Positions 17,388 to 27,560 of a DNA stretch of 64,000 nt are shown one piece after another. The position numbers and the translations under genes are program-made. Position 1 is the first letter of the stretch; the number at the start of each line of letters is the position of its first letter. The DNA is from Candidatus Nitrospira kreftii (lineage in GTDB: Bacteria; Nitrospirota; Nitrospiria; Nitrospirales; Nitrospiraceae). Under the pieces are notes generated by a model. The model was not told where the DNA came from and did not search any database. It worked only from the letters and a program-made list of their open reading frames with translations. The stretch covers positions 2,565,777 to 2,629,776 of the forward strand of contig CP047423.1 in assembly GCA_014058405.1 (NCBI GenBank), in the 5' to 3' direction.

Positions 17388-18535
17388 ATTATCTCAAGAT
17401 TAGCCTGAAGCGAACCTGCTGCCCGCAATGCCGATAAAATTGCGACAAGGTCACGAGGGGTCACGCCAACCGCATTCAGAGCTCGTACGACCTCACCCAA
17501 TGTTACCGTTTCATCCACGACGATGAGACGCGATTCCTGCTCCTTTACTTCGGTCTGGACATCCGGAGTGACGGTTGTTTGCCCAGCTGCTGAACCAATA
17601 AGCGGGGCTGACGGCTGAGATACGTTTAACGTATTCTTCACCGAGATCGTGAGATTGCCATGTGAAATTGCGCACGTCGAAATCCGCACGTGCTCACCCA
17701 ACACCACCGTTCCAGTCCGTTCATTGACGACGACCTTGGCTACAGCGTCGACGGCGACATCAAGCCCCTCAATCGATGCAATGTACTCGACGACACGCCC
17801 CTGGAAGGCCTGAGGAATCGTCGCCCGGACATATCCGGCGTTGACCGCGGACGCATTTCCTTTTCCGAACGTGCCTTCGATGGCTTCGGCCGTTCTGATG
17901 GCAGTGGTAAAATCAGGCTGCCGAAGAAGCACTGAAACCGTTTCCCACGAATCAATGTTGACGAGCAGCTCTTTTTCAATGATCGCTCCCCCAGGAACCA
18001 CTCCGGCCGCTTGGTGATTCTTAACCACCGTGGCTCCTCCTGCCCCTCCACTGCCTCCTAGAAACCCCCCGATAGAGACCGGCCCCTGCGCAACAGCAAA
18101 GACTTGTTGGTTGGCTGCTTTCAACGGTGTCAGTAAGAGCGTGCCGCCCTGCAGACTTTTGGCGTTCGCCATGGACGATACGACTGCGTCCAACGTCATA
18201 CCAGGTTTCGAGAATGGAGGAAGTTTGGCCGTAACCATGACCGAGGCGATGTTTCTGGTCAGCAATTGAATGGGGTCAATCACAAGATTGACCCCCATCT
18301 TGTTCAACATGGACATCATTGCCTGAATCGTGAACTGGCCGCCGATGACACGGTCTCCGGTACTATCCAGACCTACCACCAGGCCATAGCCTAGCAGCTG
18401 GTTTTCACGCACACCCTCGATCACGCCTATATCTTTGATTCTCACTGCGTCGGCAGTCGGAGGAGAGACCACAATAAATCCCAGTACCAACACACCCAAC
18501 ACATAGGAAAGTCGTAAGATCATGAGGTATGACAC
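17384..18535 (-). CDS. flgI: flagellar P-ring protein FlgI
   Basis: 383 aa; signal peptide followed by 'VRIKDIGVIEGVRENQLLGYGLVVGLDSTGD'. Confidence 0.9.
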   Translation of the reverse strand: MSYLMILRLSYVLGVLVLGFIVVSPPTADAVRIKDIGVIEGVRENQLLGYGLVVGLDSTGDRVIGGQFTIQAMMSMLNKMGVNLVIDPIQLLTRNIASVMVTAKLPPFSKPGMTLDAVVSSMANAKSLQGGTLLLTPLKAANQQVFAVAQGPVSIGGFLGGSGGAGGATVVKNHQAAGVVPGGAIIEKELLVNIDSWETVSVLLRQPDFTTAIRTAEAIEGTFGKGNASAVNAGYVRATIPQAFQGRVVEYIASIEGLDVAVDAVAKVVVNERTGTVVLGEHVRISTCAISHGNLTISVKNTLNVSQPSAPLIGSAAGQTTVTPDVQTEVKEQESRLIVVDETVTLGEVVRALNAVGVTPRDLVAILSALRAAGSLQANLEII

Positions 18536-18808
18536 CTATCGTATCTGCGAACGTTTCGAGACTCGTGCCTTCTGTGTTCCACCAAGTATGACGCGCGCCA
18601 GCCATCCCTGCTCCGTCACTGTGTCATTCGTCGGGTCGCAGGCAACGTCATCCACCATGTGAAATCGTGCGTGGTTCACCCCGGGGGGCTTGCAATCAGC
18701 CCGTCGCATTACTCCGCTTTGCAGCATCATTTGTAGAGCATGAAGATTGAGGGGTCGTTTTAGGGAGGTACTCCTACTCACCGGCTGACGTCTCAATGGA
18801 GGGGGCAT
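18536..18808 (-). CDS. hypothetical basic 90-aa protein filling the flgH-flgI gap
   Basis: This is the internal ATG of track ORF 18536..18958. A GAAGGA Shine-Dalgarno sits 6 nt upstream. The ATG is 13 nt after the flgH stop, and the ORF's stop abuts the flgI start codon. Confidence 0.4.
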   Translation of the reverse strand: MPPPLRRQPVSRSTSLKRPLNLHALQMMLQSGVMRRADCKPPGVNHARFHMVDDVACDPTNDTVTEQGWLARVILGGTQKARVSKRSQIR

Positions 18809-18821
18809 CGGACATCCTTCA

Positions 18822-19607
18822 TCAAAATGGATAGATCCAATCAAGAATCCGAACAAACCATCCAGGCCGTTGCACATCATCGAGGACACCAAGGCCCGAA
18901 TATTCGATCCTGGCATCAGCGATGGCGGAGGACAGAACTGTATTCTTGGTATCGACATCTACTCGACGCACGATTCCGCCGATACTCATCAACTGCTTTT
19001 CACTGTTTACGCTGACCTCTCGCCGCCCTTCGATACGCAGATCCCCATTGGGCAGCACCTCGGTCACGATCGCAGAGATGGTCCCGGTCAGAGTCCCCGT
19101 TCGGCTGGTAGCGCCTTTCCCGCCGAATTTGCTGTTGGCGCTCGCGTCGATCCCCATTCCGCGTCGAGTTTCATCGCTGAATCGTATTCCTGGTATTCCG
19201 ATATAGCCCATCGCACTACCCACGAGACTGTTTTTGATCGTTGATTCGCGTTGTGCCTCTGTATCGGCAGACTTTGACCCTTTGTGATTTTCAACGATCT
19301 TGACGGTAAGAATGTCGCCGATCCGCATGGCACGAAGATCTTCATAGAGATAGGCGCGTCCGTTTTCTTCCTGCCAGAGAGAACCCACGGTCTTAGGCGG
19401 AGGCAGAGGAGGTACCACGATCTTACTGGAAACATCGGGAGGACTCACGCATCCTTGAATCAAGAGGACCACGGCTACACAGAGATAACTCACAGACAAT
19501 CCTCGGGAGAACCACACTCTGCTGCGGAGGTTGCACAAATCATGGCCACGAGTGCTCGCGTCTGGAAACGTCACGCACGTCTTGGACCTGAGGATCCCCA
19601 TCAGCAT
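18822..19607 (-). CDS. flgH: flagellar L-ring lipoprotein FlgH
   Basis: 261 aa with lipobox 'LLIQGC', 'DLRAMRIGDILTVKIVE' and 'ARIEYSGLG'. The N-terminus may be shorter than the ORF. Confidence 0.85.
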   Translation of the reverse strand: MLMGILRSKTCVTFPDASTRGHDLCNLRSRVWFSRGLSVSYLCVAVVLLIQGCVSPPDVSSKIVVPPLPPPKTVGSLWQEENGRAYLYEDLRAMRIGDILTVKIVENHKGSKSADTEAQRESTIKNSLVGSAMGYIGIPGIRFSDETRRGMGIDASANSKFGGKGATSRTGTLTGTISAIVTEVLPNGDLRIEGRREVSVNSEKQLMSIGGIVRRVDVDTKNTVLSSAIADARIEYSGLGVLDDVQRPGWFVRILDWIYPF

Positions 19608-19611
19608 CTCG

Positions 19612-20433
19612 TTAGAACTCTACCTTAACAAGGCTAGGGCCAACCACTTTGGCCGTCAGCTCCCTGCCAGAATCTAAATTGGAAACCGTAATGGTCTGTC
19701 CAACTTGTCCGCTCGATTTCGTAATGCCATAGGTCCGAATCGAGAGACCTCCACGTTGCGCTTCGATGAGAACCCGATCGCCTTTCTTTACCACCAAGGG
19801 GACTCTTACGAATGCCTGCCTCAGCGGAACATCCGGCGGAAGCGGTCGCGCTGCGCTCATCCCTATAACGTCTCTCTCATCGGTCATAAAGAGATGATTC
19901 ACCTGATGCACCCGCATCTGGACAGTTTTGATATCACCGACATCGATCAGTTCATCGGCCTTGAGAAATCGATTAGGAACGACGGCGTCGATCATCGCCG
20001 TCACATCTGCGACCACTTGAATAGTTTTTCTGGACTTGCCGCTTGTCGCAGTCACCCGGAACATGCGCCGCCCTGGACTATCTTCAGCCGAACTGGGAAG
20101 GACCTGTAAGTCGACTGATCCTCCAGCGATGGTAACAGGATCAGCAGGCTCCAGGATCGTCACCTGTGCAGTCTTTATCTTCTGCCCCCACACGCCCTTC
20201 AGATATTTTTGAATGGCCTTCGTCAATAAATCGGACGTCACTTCACTGCTGATCCGGCGCTCCATATCATCGGTGGCTGTCCCTTGCATAAGAGGTTTCA
20301 TTTTCACGGACGTTGAATGAGCCTCAGCACTGGTTCCACCGATCGCCGTCGTCACAGCCAAGAAAGTTCCAATCATGAGGATAATCGTGATCCTAGGCAC
20401 AAAGTACTCCTTATCGTCTGAGATTATTGGCAA
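19612..20433 (-). CDS. flgA: P-ring assembly chaperone FlgA
   Basis: 273 aa; signal anchor; C-terminus 'GDRVLIEAQRGGLSIRTYGITKSSGQVGQTITVSNLDSGRELTAKVV'. Confidence 0.8.
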   Translation of the reverse strand: MPIISDDKEYFVPRITIILMIGTFLAVTTAIGGTSAEAHSTSVKMKPLMQGTATDDMERRISSEVTSDLLTKAIQKYLKGVWGQKIKTAQVTILEPADPVTIAGGSVDLQVLPSSAEDSPGRRMFRVTATSGKSRKTIQVVADVTAMIDAVVPNRFLKADELIDVGDIKTVQMRVHQVNHLFMTDERDVIGMSAARPLPPDVPLRQAFVRVPLVVKKGDRVLIEAQRGGLSIRTYGITKSSGQVGQTITVSNLDSGRELTAKVVGPSLVKVEF

Positions 20434-21202
20434 TGGCCATCATTTCATCAGAAGCCTGAATCGTCTTCGAATTGATCTCGTAACTGCGCTGGGCGATGAT
20501 CATATTGACCATTTCTTCGGCAAGATTGACATTGGAACTTTCCAAAAATCCTTGCTGGATCGTGCCGAACCCAGTGGTAAATCCGCCCGTCCCCTGCGTA
20601 GGCGGCCCGGATGCAAAGCTGTCGATAAAAAGGTTATTCCCCATGGCGACTAAGCCGGAAGGATTATCAAATCGCGTGAGCTGGATTTGTCCTACCTGTG
20701 AGGCTTGTGTAACTCCGGGAAGGAGGACTGAGACAGTCCCATCCTGACCAATATCCACCTTGAGCGCACCTGAAGGAATGGTAATGACGGGGTTGAGCAG
20801 GTCTCCATCACCGGTCACGACATTGCCCACATTATCGCGCTTAAACGATCCATTTCTGGTGTACATGATCGTCCCGTCCGGACGCGACACTTGAAAGAAT
20901 CCCGCACCATCAATGGCAAGATCCAGTTCATTGTTTGTTTGCCGCATATTCCCCTGAATCCATTCCTTGGCCACCGTGGTCGGCCGCACGCCGGCTCCGA
21001 CCTGGATACCGACAGGAAACACCCCGACGTTGGAAGCATTCGTGCCGGGAAGCCGCTGAATCTGGTACAGCAGATCCGCGAATTCTGCGCGGCTCCTCTT
21101 AAAGGAATTGGTGTTGACGTTCGCGAGGTTATGGGCAACCGTATCGACATTGATTTGTTGAGCCGTCATTCCAGTTGCCGCTGTCCACATAGCTCTGATC
21201 AT
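20411..21202 (-). CDS. flgG: distal rod protein FlgG
   Basis: 263 aa with 'MIRAMWTAATGMTAQQINVDTVAHNLANVNTNSFKR' and 'GFLESSNVNLAEEMVNMIIAQRSYE'. Confidence 0.9.
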   Translation of the reverse strand: MIRAMWTAATGMTAQQINVDTVAHNLANVNTNSFKRSRAEFADLLYQIQRLPGTNASNVGVFPVGIQVGAGVRPTTVAKEWIQGNMRQTNNELDLAIDGAGFFQVSRPDGTIMYTRNGSFKRDNVGNVVTGDGDLLNPVITIPSGALKVDIGQDGTVSVLLPGVTQASQVGQIQLTRFDNPSGLVAMGNNLFIDSFASGPPTQGTGGFTTGFGTIQQGFLESSNVNLAEEMVNMIIAQRSYEINSKTIQASDEMMAIANNLRR

Positions 21203-21291
21203 AAAGTTCCTCCTGCGTCGCTTGTGGTTCGTGAAGCAGATCTCGCCCCTATTTCGAACGCTTCACATTTTACAAAATACGTTTCACGGCA

Positions 21292-22062
21292 CTACACCAC
21301 TCGACCTACATCTTGAATCGCGATCTCGGCCATTCGATCAAGCGTCTGAATCAGTTTTTGCGTAGATTCATAGTTGCGCATGCCCTGGATCATCTTGACC
21401 ATCTCTCCGATCGAGTTCACATTTGACTCTTCGATGTGTCCGACCTGAATCTGGGGATTCTTGCTCACGGTGCCCTTTTCTGAAACAAACAGTCCGTCCG
21501 ACGACTTCTGCGGCATGTCATCATCGGGAAATTCCATCACCTTGATCGTCGCCACGGGTTTTCCGTCGACCTTGATGTCCCCCTGTTCAGAAATCTCTAG
21601 CTTCCCTGGAGGAATGGTGATTGCGCCTTTGGTCCCCATCACGGGATGCCCCAATCCAGTTACCAACCGACGGTCATGATCGAGAGACAACATGCCGTTC
21701 CTCGTGTAGCGGGGTCCTTGGGGTGTCTCCACCTCCAAAAACCCCCGTCCCTGAATGGCAATATCCAATGGATTGCCGGTCAGTCGAACCCGCCCGGCTT
21801 CAAACGTCGTCTTGATCTGATGGGGTGCCACAAATGCGCGTTCGGTTGGGCCGAATGGCCTGGCCATGATCTGTTGCGCCAATCCGACAGTTCGACCACC
21901 AGACGGCATCACCGCGTGGTACTTCGGAAAGATCGCCTTAAAGGCCTGCTCGTCTTGTTTGAAACCGGCAGTATTCACATTCGCCATGTTATTGGCAAAT
22001 ACTTGCATCCGACGCTCATGAGCCAGAGCGCCAGACAAAATTGGATAGATGCCTCGATTCAT
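21292..22062 (-). CDS. flgF: proximal rod protein FlgF
   Basis: 256 aa with 'MNRGIYPILSGALAHERRMQVFANNMANVNTAGFK' and 'GHIEESNVNSIGEMVKMIQGMRNYES'. Confidence 0.8.
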   Translation of the reverse strand: MNRGIYPILSGALAHERRMQVFANNMANVNTAGFKQDEQAFKAIFPKYHAVMPSGGRTVGLAQQIMARPFGPTERAFVAPHQIKTTFEAGRVRLTGNPLDIAIQGRGFLEVETPQGPRYTRNGMLSLDHDRRLVTGLGHPVMGTKGAITIPPGKLEISEQGDIKVDGKPVATIKVMEFPDDDMPQKSSDGLFVSEKGTVSKNPQIQVGHIEESNVNSIGEMVKMIQGMRNYESTQKLIQTLDRMAEIAIQDVGRVV

Positions 22063-22095
22063 GCTGCTTACCCCTTTTAATTTCTGACGTTAAAC

Positions 22096-22111
22096 AGCAA
22101 CCCTTATGCCA
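22096..22111 (-). promoter_or_regulatory. sigma-54 -24/-12 promoter upstream of flgF
   Basis: The minus strand reads TGGCAT-AAGGG-TTGCT (GG-N10-GC). It lies about 35 nt upstream of the flgF ATG, which has an AAGGGG RBS. Confidence 0.6.
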
Positions 22112-22424
22112 GCTTCAGAAATGAAATCCCCATGAGGTCGCCACAACCATGAGTCTACAAATGTTTCGTGTTTCTCAACAGATAGAAGCGTTTCAACATC
22201 AGAGGGCGAGAGATGACATCAGCTATCATCGGCAGGAAGATTAGCCCTGGGCTATTCCTACCAGGTCTAGTGAAAAATATTCCTAGCTGGATGATTGGTC
22301 GTCATCGTTCAGCCTCCTCTCACAGTTACGGGAGTGGGATTGATTACGTACAGTGGGGGACTATGAATGGAAGAGGCTTTCATCCACACCACCACATTCG
22401 ACAAGTTGTCCGATTTCGGCTCGA

Positions 22425-23174
22425 TCAACCCGTCGCTTGCAAGCTCGCTTTGAGGCGAATGATGGCCTTCGTGTGTATTTGACAGACGCGTGATTCGGTC
22501 ACTTTTATGAGCTCTCCAATTTCCTTCATCGTGAGCTCTTCATAGTAATACAGCGTCAGAACCAACCGCTCTTTTTCCGGCAACAGCCGAATGGCTGTGG
22601 CGATCACTTCACGCTCGCGATCGTTCACCAAAGACGAGAGTGGATCAGGAGTATGTGTGTCCGCCAGCATCTTAACCACTTTATGCCCGTCCGGCTCCTG
22701 CAGACTCAAATCGTCGACACTGATCAGCACGGCTCCTCGTGCGCGGGTGATGAAATCGTCCAGCTCCTCCATCGACATCTTCAACTCCGCCGCTACCTCC
22801 TCATCGTGTGGAGGACGACCGAACCGGCTCATGAGCATCACATGCGTTTTTTGGAGCAACCCGATGCGTTCGTGTACGGATCGCGGGATCCAATCCATTG
22901 AGCGGATTTCATCCAACATGGCGCCCCGAATGCGGAACTCGGCATAAGTCTTAAATTTTGCCTCTCGGGTGGGATCATACTTATCCATGGCATCCATCAA
23001 CCCAATCGTGCCGACTGAGATGAGATCCTCAGCATCCAAGTAGGCCGGGAGCCGAAAAGCCAGTCGATGAGCCATCGCGCGAATCACGTGAGCGAACTCT
23101 TTGATGAGTTCCTCACGCCTAGCTCCCTGCGCGATGAAGGATTTACGCACGTGCGATACGGCAGTCTTTCTCAT
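22425..23174 (-). CDS. fliA: flagellar sigma factor FliA (sigma-28)
   Basis: 249 aa. Region 2 'FKTYAEFRIRGAMLDEIR'; region 4 'LTMKEIGELIKVTESRVCQIHTKAI'. It follows flhF-flhG. Confidence 0.9.
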   Translation of the reverse strand: MRKTAVSHVRKSFIAQGARREELIKEFAHVIRAMAHRLAFRLPAYLDAEDLISVGTIGLMDAMDKYDPTREAKFKTYAEFRIRGAMLDEIRSMDWIPRSVHERIGLLQKTHVMLMSRFGRPPHDEEVAAELKMSMEELDDFITRARGAVLISVDDLSLQEPDGHKVVKMLADTHTPDPLSSLVNDREREVIATAIRLLPEKERLVLTLYYYEELTMKEIGELIKVTESRVCQIHTKAIIRLKASLQATG

Positions 23175-23197
23175 GTTTGTTCCATTCGAGCTTGTTT

Positions 23198-24085
23198 TCA
23201 GCTACCAGCATGCGTGGCTGATCGTTGCCAAAGGAGTTGTACAGAGCTTTTGGGGAGGCGCGGTTTCGGCCACTGAGCCACCTGTTGCGCAAGCCGCTTG
23301 AATGCTTGAGCCGCCGGCGCTTCAGGAAACATGTCGGAAACGGCCTTCTGCTGCATCACCGCCATATGAATGTAGTCGTCGTAAGGAATAGCTCCCACCA
23401 ACTCGACGGATACATGAAGGAAACGATCCACCGCTACATCAAGCTTTCCAAACACCTCTGACGCTTCACGTGGGCTCTTCGCTTGATTCACGAGAACCTT
23501 GAACCGGCGCTCCCGAAATTGGCGAGCCAAGACCTTGATCAACGCATACGCGTCCGTGAGTGAAGTGGGCTCTGGCGATATGATCACCATCGTCTCATCT
23601 GCCGACGAGGCAAAAAAGGTTACGTTCGGCGAAATCCCCGCCCCGGTGTCGATGAGAAGCACATCCATCTCTGCCGCGAGATCTGCCAGCTGTTCTTGAA
23701 TCATCAACTGTTGCGATTCCGTCAATGACGTCAGGCGTGGGACACCTGAGCTGGCCGGCAGAACATTGATCCCTGCCGGACCCTTCAGCATGATCTCCGC
23801 TAGGGTATGTGTCCCGACCAATACGTCTTCGATGGTATGCCGTGGAACAAGTCCGAGGAGTACATCAAGATTCCCGAGGCCAAGATCAGCATCGAGAAGA
23901 AGTACTCGCTTCCCTGCCTTCGAAAGCGACACAGCAAGATTCGCCACCACGTTGGTTTTTCCGACCCCGCCTTTCCCGCTGGCGACAGCGATGACTTGAG
24001 TGGCCAACTCACCTCCTGTATCCACATCATCCGATACCAGGACAGATTTTCTTATTCTCAATTGCATAGCATGACCTCCAACCAA
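23198..24085 (-). CDS. flhG: MinD/ParA-type ATPase FlhG (FleN/YlxH)
   Basis: 295 aa with deviant Walker A 'IAVASGKGGVGKTNV'. It lies between flhF and fliA. Confidence 0.85.
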   Translation of the reverse strand: MVGGHAMQLRIRKSVLVSDDVDTGGELATQVIAVASGKGGVGKTNVVANLAVSLSKAGKRVLLLDADLGLGNLDVLLGLVPRHTIEDVLVGTHTLAEIMLKGPAGINVLPASSGVPRLTSLTESQQLMIQEQLADLAAEMDVLLIDTGAGISPNVTFFASSADETMVIISPEPTSLTDAYALIKVLARQFRERRFKVLVNQAKSPREASEVFGKLDVAVDRFLHVSVELVGAIPYDDYIHMAVMQQKAVSDMFPEAPAAQAFKRLAQQVAQWPKPRLPKSSVQLLWQRSATHAGS

Positions 24086-25432
24086 TTATTCGCGGTGAAT
24101 TCCAACTCCTGTCATGGCAGAAGTCGCGACCGATGCTCGAACCGATTGACGGCTGAAGACTGGAACACCAGCAGCCCCTTCCGTCGTGAGAAGAGCTGCC
24201 AAACGTTCCGATGAGGCGACTTCGATATCCCCGGGAACTCGCCGCCCGACACTCCAATAGGAAAGTGGAATACCGACTTGATGCGCCACTTCAAAGATCG
24301 TCCCTAATGATTCCGCCTCATCGAGTTTGGTAAAAAGAAGCTGCAGTCGTGGGAAATCGTCAAGGCGTCTGATGACACGACGAGCTTCATGTGTTCCGGT
24401 AAGAGCTGAGAGAACCAGATGTGTTGCTACCGTCCCTTCCGGTAGTAGACCACACAACTCTTTGGCCACCGTAAGATCGTCCGGTCCGATTCCAGGCATG
24501 TCGATGAGCACCAGATCGACTCGAGTATGACGACGGAGTCCTTCAGATACCTGCCGGGCCGACAGCGCACACGCGAACGGCACTCCTACAATCCTGGCAT
24601 AGCGCCGCAACTGCGCCACAGCATTCTCGCGATACGTATCAAAGCTGATCAGCGCGACGGATTTCCCTTGCTCTTGACGATAATAGGCCGCCAGCTTGGC
24701 CACCGCGGATGTTTTTCCGGCTCCACTTGGTCCAATGAGAATGCCGACGGTGGGATGCGCTCGGTCATCAATGAAAGAGCCGCTTGTTGCGACACGCCGT
24801 GCAATCGCTCGTTGTAGCGCGTATTGAGCCGACACATCGTCGCACGTTCCCTCATGCTGAATAGTCGAGTGGGCCTCATTCACGAGGACTGTAGCCGTTG
24901 TCGGATTGACCCCACCTGCAACGAGGATGCGGTGCAGGGTCATGAGGAAACGTGGTATGGCAGGACTCCCCGCCTGAGTGTTCTCGTGAGAGAGGTCCTG
25001 TATCAAACCACTCAGTTCGGCCATTGCAGTGCGTAGGTGATGAAGCCGCTGTCGCCTTGCCTGAGGGCGCGTTCGTCTCAACGGGGCAGACTGCCGATCT
25101 ACAGAAGGAGAGAGGTCTTCGTGATTCGGCTGGAGCATGGTTTGCAGCGTTTGCTGAAACGTCTGCACGGCCACTGGCGAGGGAGGTTGAGTAACGGGAG
25201 GGGGTACGGATCGATCGCTGTTGTGGCGGCTCTCCTTCAGCTGAGTAAGCTGTTGAGCTTCTTGTTCAGCGGCCGCCATAATTTCCAACACCGGTCGATT
25301 GAATACACGCAGTAATCGTCCCCCTTCGCGCACTTCTTTTGACGATAGGATGATGGCATCCGGCCCGAGTTCTTCCTTAATGGCCCGCATGGCATCCTGC
25401 ATCGTCACTGCATGAAATATCTTCACCTTCAT
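24086..25432 (-). CDS. flhF: SRP-like GTPase FlhF
   Basis: 448 aa with 'ILIGPSGAGKTSAVAKLA', 'LIDMPG' and 'FTKLDE'. Confidence 0.85.
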   Translation of the reverse strand: MKVKIFHAVTMQDAMRAIKEELGPDAIILSSKEVREGGRLLRVFNRPVLEIMAAAEQEAQQLTQLKESRHNSDRSVPPPVTQPPSPVAVQTFQQTLQTMLQPNHEDLSPSVDRQSAPLRRTRPQARRQRLHHLRTAMAELSGLIQDLSHENTQAGSPAIPRFLMTLHRILVAGGVNPTTATVLVNEAHSTIQHEGTCDDVSAQYALQRAIARRVATSGSFIDDRAHPTVGILIGPSGAGKTSAVAKLAAYYRQEQGKSVALISFDTYRENAVAQLRRYARIVGVPFACALSARQVSEGLRRHTRVDLVLIDMPGIGPDDLTVAKELCGLLPEGTVATHLVLSALTGTHEARRVIRRLDDFPRLQLLFTKLDEAESLGTIFEVAHQVGIPLSYWSVGRRVPGDIEVASSERLAALLTTEGAAGVPVFSRQSVRASVATSAMTGVGIHRE

Positions 25433-25440
25433 GATCTACC

Positions 25441-27537
25441 CTAGGATGGCTGTGCCAATTCCAAGTCGATTCGAACGGTATCGAGAGATTGCAAACGAAC
25501 AAAAGAATCCACTTCGTTCAGTCCTATCACAGGAACGGAATGCAGCAGACGATCACTGTGCCGCCGGAGGTGGCGGCGCACCGCTTGAGAACACAGGACA
25601 ATCGGTTGCTGCCCTCGAGCCGCAACCCGTTCAGCCGCTTGTTTCAAGTTACTCAGAAGCTTATGCGAGACCGTTGGATCGAGGTTCAAGGCGACGCCAG
25701 GGGGTAAGGCTGCCACTTGGTCCGCTAAAGACCGATCAAGTCGTGGATCCAACGTAATGACCTGGAGCGTACCGTCCGGCGCCTGATACTGTTTGGTAAT
25801 AGTTCTGGCAAGAGACTGCCGCGCATATTCCGTCAGGATGTCCGCATCCTTAGTATTCGTGGCCTGATCCGAAACAGCCTCCAGGATAGATCGGATGTCT
25901 CGAATCGGAATCCCTTCTTTGAGCAGATTGCCGAGGACACGCACGACCGTCCCAAGCGGCAGCAACGTTGGGATGAGTTCTTCGACTAACTTGGGGTGCG
26001 ACTTTCCAACTTCATCCAGTAACGCTTGAACCTCTTGTCTTCCCAGCAATTCATGGCCATGACGCTTGATCAACTCGGAAAGATGTGTGGCGATGGCAGA
26101 ACTCGCATCAACCACCGTATAACCGGCCATTTGAGCTTGTTCTCGAGCATCATCAGGGACCCAGAGAGCTGGCAAGCCAAACGCAGGTTCTTTGGTTTCA
26201 ATTCCTTGCACCAACCCTCGCTGACCGGTCCCAGGATCAATCGCTAAGAGATGGCCAGGCACAACGTCGGCTTTCGCAATCTCCACACCCTTTAAAATAA
26301 TGGCATATTCGTTCGGGCGTAGCTGCAAGTTGTCACGGATATGAATCGGTGGGACAACAAAACCCATTGATTCGGCAAATTGTCGACGTAACGCCTTAAT
26401 CCTATCGAGCAACGCAGTCCCTTGCGTTCCCTCAACCAGTCCGATCAGTCCATACCCGACCTGGACCTCCATGAGATCGAGCGGTGTCACACGAGTCACC
26501 CCTTCTTCCACTTTGGCGGTGACAGGAGCTGGTGTTGGGGCTGCCTGATCCTGCTCCTGCTGATAAAGATTGTAGGCAATCCAAGCGACACCGCTCCCCA
26601 ACAGCAGGAAGGCCACATGGGGAAGGCCAGGCACAAGTCCAAGCGCCAAAAGAATACCTGCGGCAATTCCCACTGCTTTCGATGACATCAACAGCTGCCG
26701 CGCCATCTCCCCGCCGAGATCTGTATCCGAAGCGGCGCGGGTCACGACAATACCGGCTGCTGTCGAAACAATCAGCGCGGGAATCTGCGCGACTAACCCC
26801 TCACCAACCGTCAGCACCGTATAGGTCTGCGCCGCTAGGCCCGGACTCATCCCTTGCTGCAGAATACCGATAGCCAATCCACCGAGAATATTGACCAAAA
26901 TGATAATCACAGCCGCGATCGCGTCGCCGCGAACGAATTTGCTGGCTCCGTCCATCGCACCGTAAAAATCCGCCTCTTCCGTAATCTCCCGCCTTCGGCG
27001 GCGCGCCTCCGTTTCGTTGATCAGACCGGAGTTAAGATCCGCATCAATGCTCATCTGTTTCCCGGGCATCGCATCCAACGTGAACCGAGCAGCCACCTCG
27101 GCCACGCGACCTGCCCCTTTCGTCACCACGACAAAATTGATGATGACGAGGATGGTGAAAACCACCAAGCCGACGGTGTAATTCCCCCCCACAATAAAAT
27201 TTCCGAATGCTCGAATGACTTCCCCGGCTGCCCCGGCCCCTTCATTGCCATGCAGCAAGATCAGCCTGGTCGACGCAATATTGAGGGACAACCGGAACAA
27301 GGTGATCATGAGAAGAATCGAAGGAAACACAGAAAACTCGATCGGCCGCCGCACTTGAAGTCCGACGAGGAGAATGAGGACCGAAAGGGTAATATCAAAA
27401 CTCAACAGCAAATCGAGCATAAACCGTGGCAACGGCAGCAACATCACCATGATAATGGCCACAACCCCGACGGACATCATGATGTCAGGGTGTTTAAGGA
27501 ACTGCGTCGGTCCTAGTGGTTCTGTTGCTGCTGCCAT
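25441..27537 (-). CDS. flhA: flagellar export gate protein FlhA
   Basis: 698 aa with the FHIPEP-type N-terminus 'FSVFPSILLMITLFRLSLNIASTRLILLHG' and a large cytoplasmic C-terminal domain. Confidence 0.95.
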   Translation of the reverse strand: MAAATEPLGPTQFLKHPDIMMSVGVVAIIMVMLLPLPRFMLDLLLSFDITLSVLILLVGLQVRRPIEFSVFPSILLMITLFRLSLNIASTRLILLHGNEGAGAAGEVIRAFGNFIVGGNYTVGLVVFTILVIINFVVVTKGAGRVAEVAARFTLDAMPGKQMSIDADLNSGLINETEARRRRREITEEADFYGAMDGASKFVRGDAIAAVIIILVNILGGLAIGILQQGMSPGLAAQTYTVLTVGEGLVAQIPALIVSTAAGIVVTRAASDTDLGGEMARQLLMSSKAVGIAAGILLALGLVPGLPHVAFLLLGSGVAWIAYNLYQQEQDQAAPTPAPVTAKVEEGVTRVTPLDLMEVQVGYGLIGLVEGTQGTALLDRIKALRRQFAESMGFVVPPIHIRDNLQLRPNEYAIILKGVEIAKADVVPGHLLAIDPGTGQRGLVQGIETKEPAFGLPALWVPDDAREQAQMAGYTVVDASSAIATHLSELIKRHGHELLGRQEVQALLDEVGKSHPKLVEELIPTLLPLGTVVRVLGNLLKEGIPIRDIRSILEAVSDQATNTKDADILTEYARQSLARTITKQYQAPDGTLQVITLDPRLDRSLADQVAALPPGVALNLDPTVSHKLLSNLKQAAERVAARGQQPIVLCSQAVRRHLRRHSDRLLHSVPVIGLNEVDSFVRLQSLDTVRIDLELAQPS

Positions 27538-27560
27538 AACCGTACGTGCCTACACAATGC

